Positions 63,051-64,000 of a DNA stretch of 64,000 nt are shown in pieces. The stretch is from Felis catus. Lineage: Eukaryota. Each line of letters opens with the position of its first letter. The stretch's first letter is position 1. Below the pieces are notes generated by a model that saw only the letters and a list, made by a program, of their open reading frames with translations, searched no databases and was not told the DNA's origin. The DNA is taken from the NCBI RefSeq assembly GCF_018350175.1, contig NC_058383.1:24802001-24866000 (forward strand), in the 5' to 3' direction. A program made the position numbers and the translations under genes.

Positions 63051-63555
63051 CTGGCCATGGGCACATGGAAAAGAGAGAAGGCTTATATGACTGGTCCACC
63101 AAATAGATGGGACATCTGCCATTACTTCTTCTCAGCACCTGTGCTGGTGGATTCTGGTAACAGCACCCTAGTTTGTCATTGGAGGACCTACTCCTCTCCT
63201 ATTGAATATAGCTTAGGTGAGACAACCCATCAGGGTAATTGTCCACCCACCAGTGAGAGACATGTGACCTATGTTGGGTGAATCAGACCTTCTGTCCCTG
63301 ATTTTGAGTTTTCTGAGAAGAACAAAAAGATAGAATATAGTTGAAACAAAATCTGTGTATGAGCTCTTGGTGCTTCTATATCTCCAGGGAGCTATCCTGG
63401 TTCCTGTTCTTGCTGAAACTGACTGTCCAGCTTGCAACCCATTTTTGTGAGCACTCCTATGTCCAATAAATTTCTTTCTTGCTTAAAATAGATTCTGTGC
63501 CATCCAAATAACCCCAATGGTTGTACTAAGGTTGATTAGGAACAAAGCATCTTTT

Positions 63556-63563
63556 TCTATCTG

Positions 63564-63612
<49 letters not shown>

Positions 63613-63804
63613 TTTTTAGGGAGAGCACACACACGTGTGCCCACATGACTGGGGGGAGTGGCAGCGAGAGGGGGAGAGAAAATCAAGCAGGTTCCACACT
63701 CAGCATGGAGCCTGATTTGGGGCTCAGTCTCATGACACTGTGATCATGACCTGAGCTGAAATCAAGAGGCAGATACTTAACCAACTGAATCACCCAGGTA
63801 CCCA
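63556..63804 (-). mobile_element. CanSINE with (TATC)n tetranucleotide expansion in its tail (63556-63612)
   Basis: Reverse SINE; TSD catcttttt. Confidence 0.9.
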
Positions 63805-64000
63805 ACATCTTTTTTTTTACCCAAAAGACTGAGGGATGGTTTTCAGAGAAAACAAAAAATAGGATGGTGGGCCTTTGGGGGAGGCTCATCAACCGATGGA
63901 TTTTTGAAGGAAACTTCTCCTATGATTCTACAAAATACACTGTCTATACTGAAAAACCTCTTCACTTTGTGAATTACCCAAAAAAAATTACTCCTCTTTT

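Noticed and set aside
1..64000. CRISPR arrays, operons or a novel multi-gene system
   Set aside because: Intron-containing mammalian locus; all coding signal is explained by ACSM3, THUMPD1, ACSM4 and transposons, and there are no repeat-spacer arrays

Overview
Mammalian genomic DNA, most likely felid (feliform-type CanSINEs and L1s), from the ACSM/THUMPD1 cluster. Three genes are supported. (1) The 5' part of ACSM3 on the minus strand: probable non-coding exon 1 ending at ~14611, coding exons at 9876-9658 and 9046-8836, with the rest beyond the left edge. (2) A complete THUMPD1 on the plus strand: 4 coding exons, 36038-40406, 358 aa, with a CpG-island promoter and a long 3' region containing a hAT transposase fossil. 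(3) ACSM4 on the minus strand: 12 in-frame coding exons from 63050 to the stop at 45082, first coding exon outside the window, last intron GC-AG. The rest is mostly transposable elements and simple repeats. I found no new protein-coding system. The most unusual observation is a pair of inverted L1s (1-6380 minus, ~21722-27880 plus) bracketing the ACSM3 promoter and first exons. They have unrelated 5'UTRs yet share the same ORF2 stops and frameshift, which points to gene conversion between them. The second L1 also carries a possible 5'-transduced leader. Repeat family names and orthologue comparisons come from recall of consensus sequences, not a database search, and repeat boundaries are approximate.
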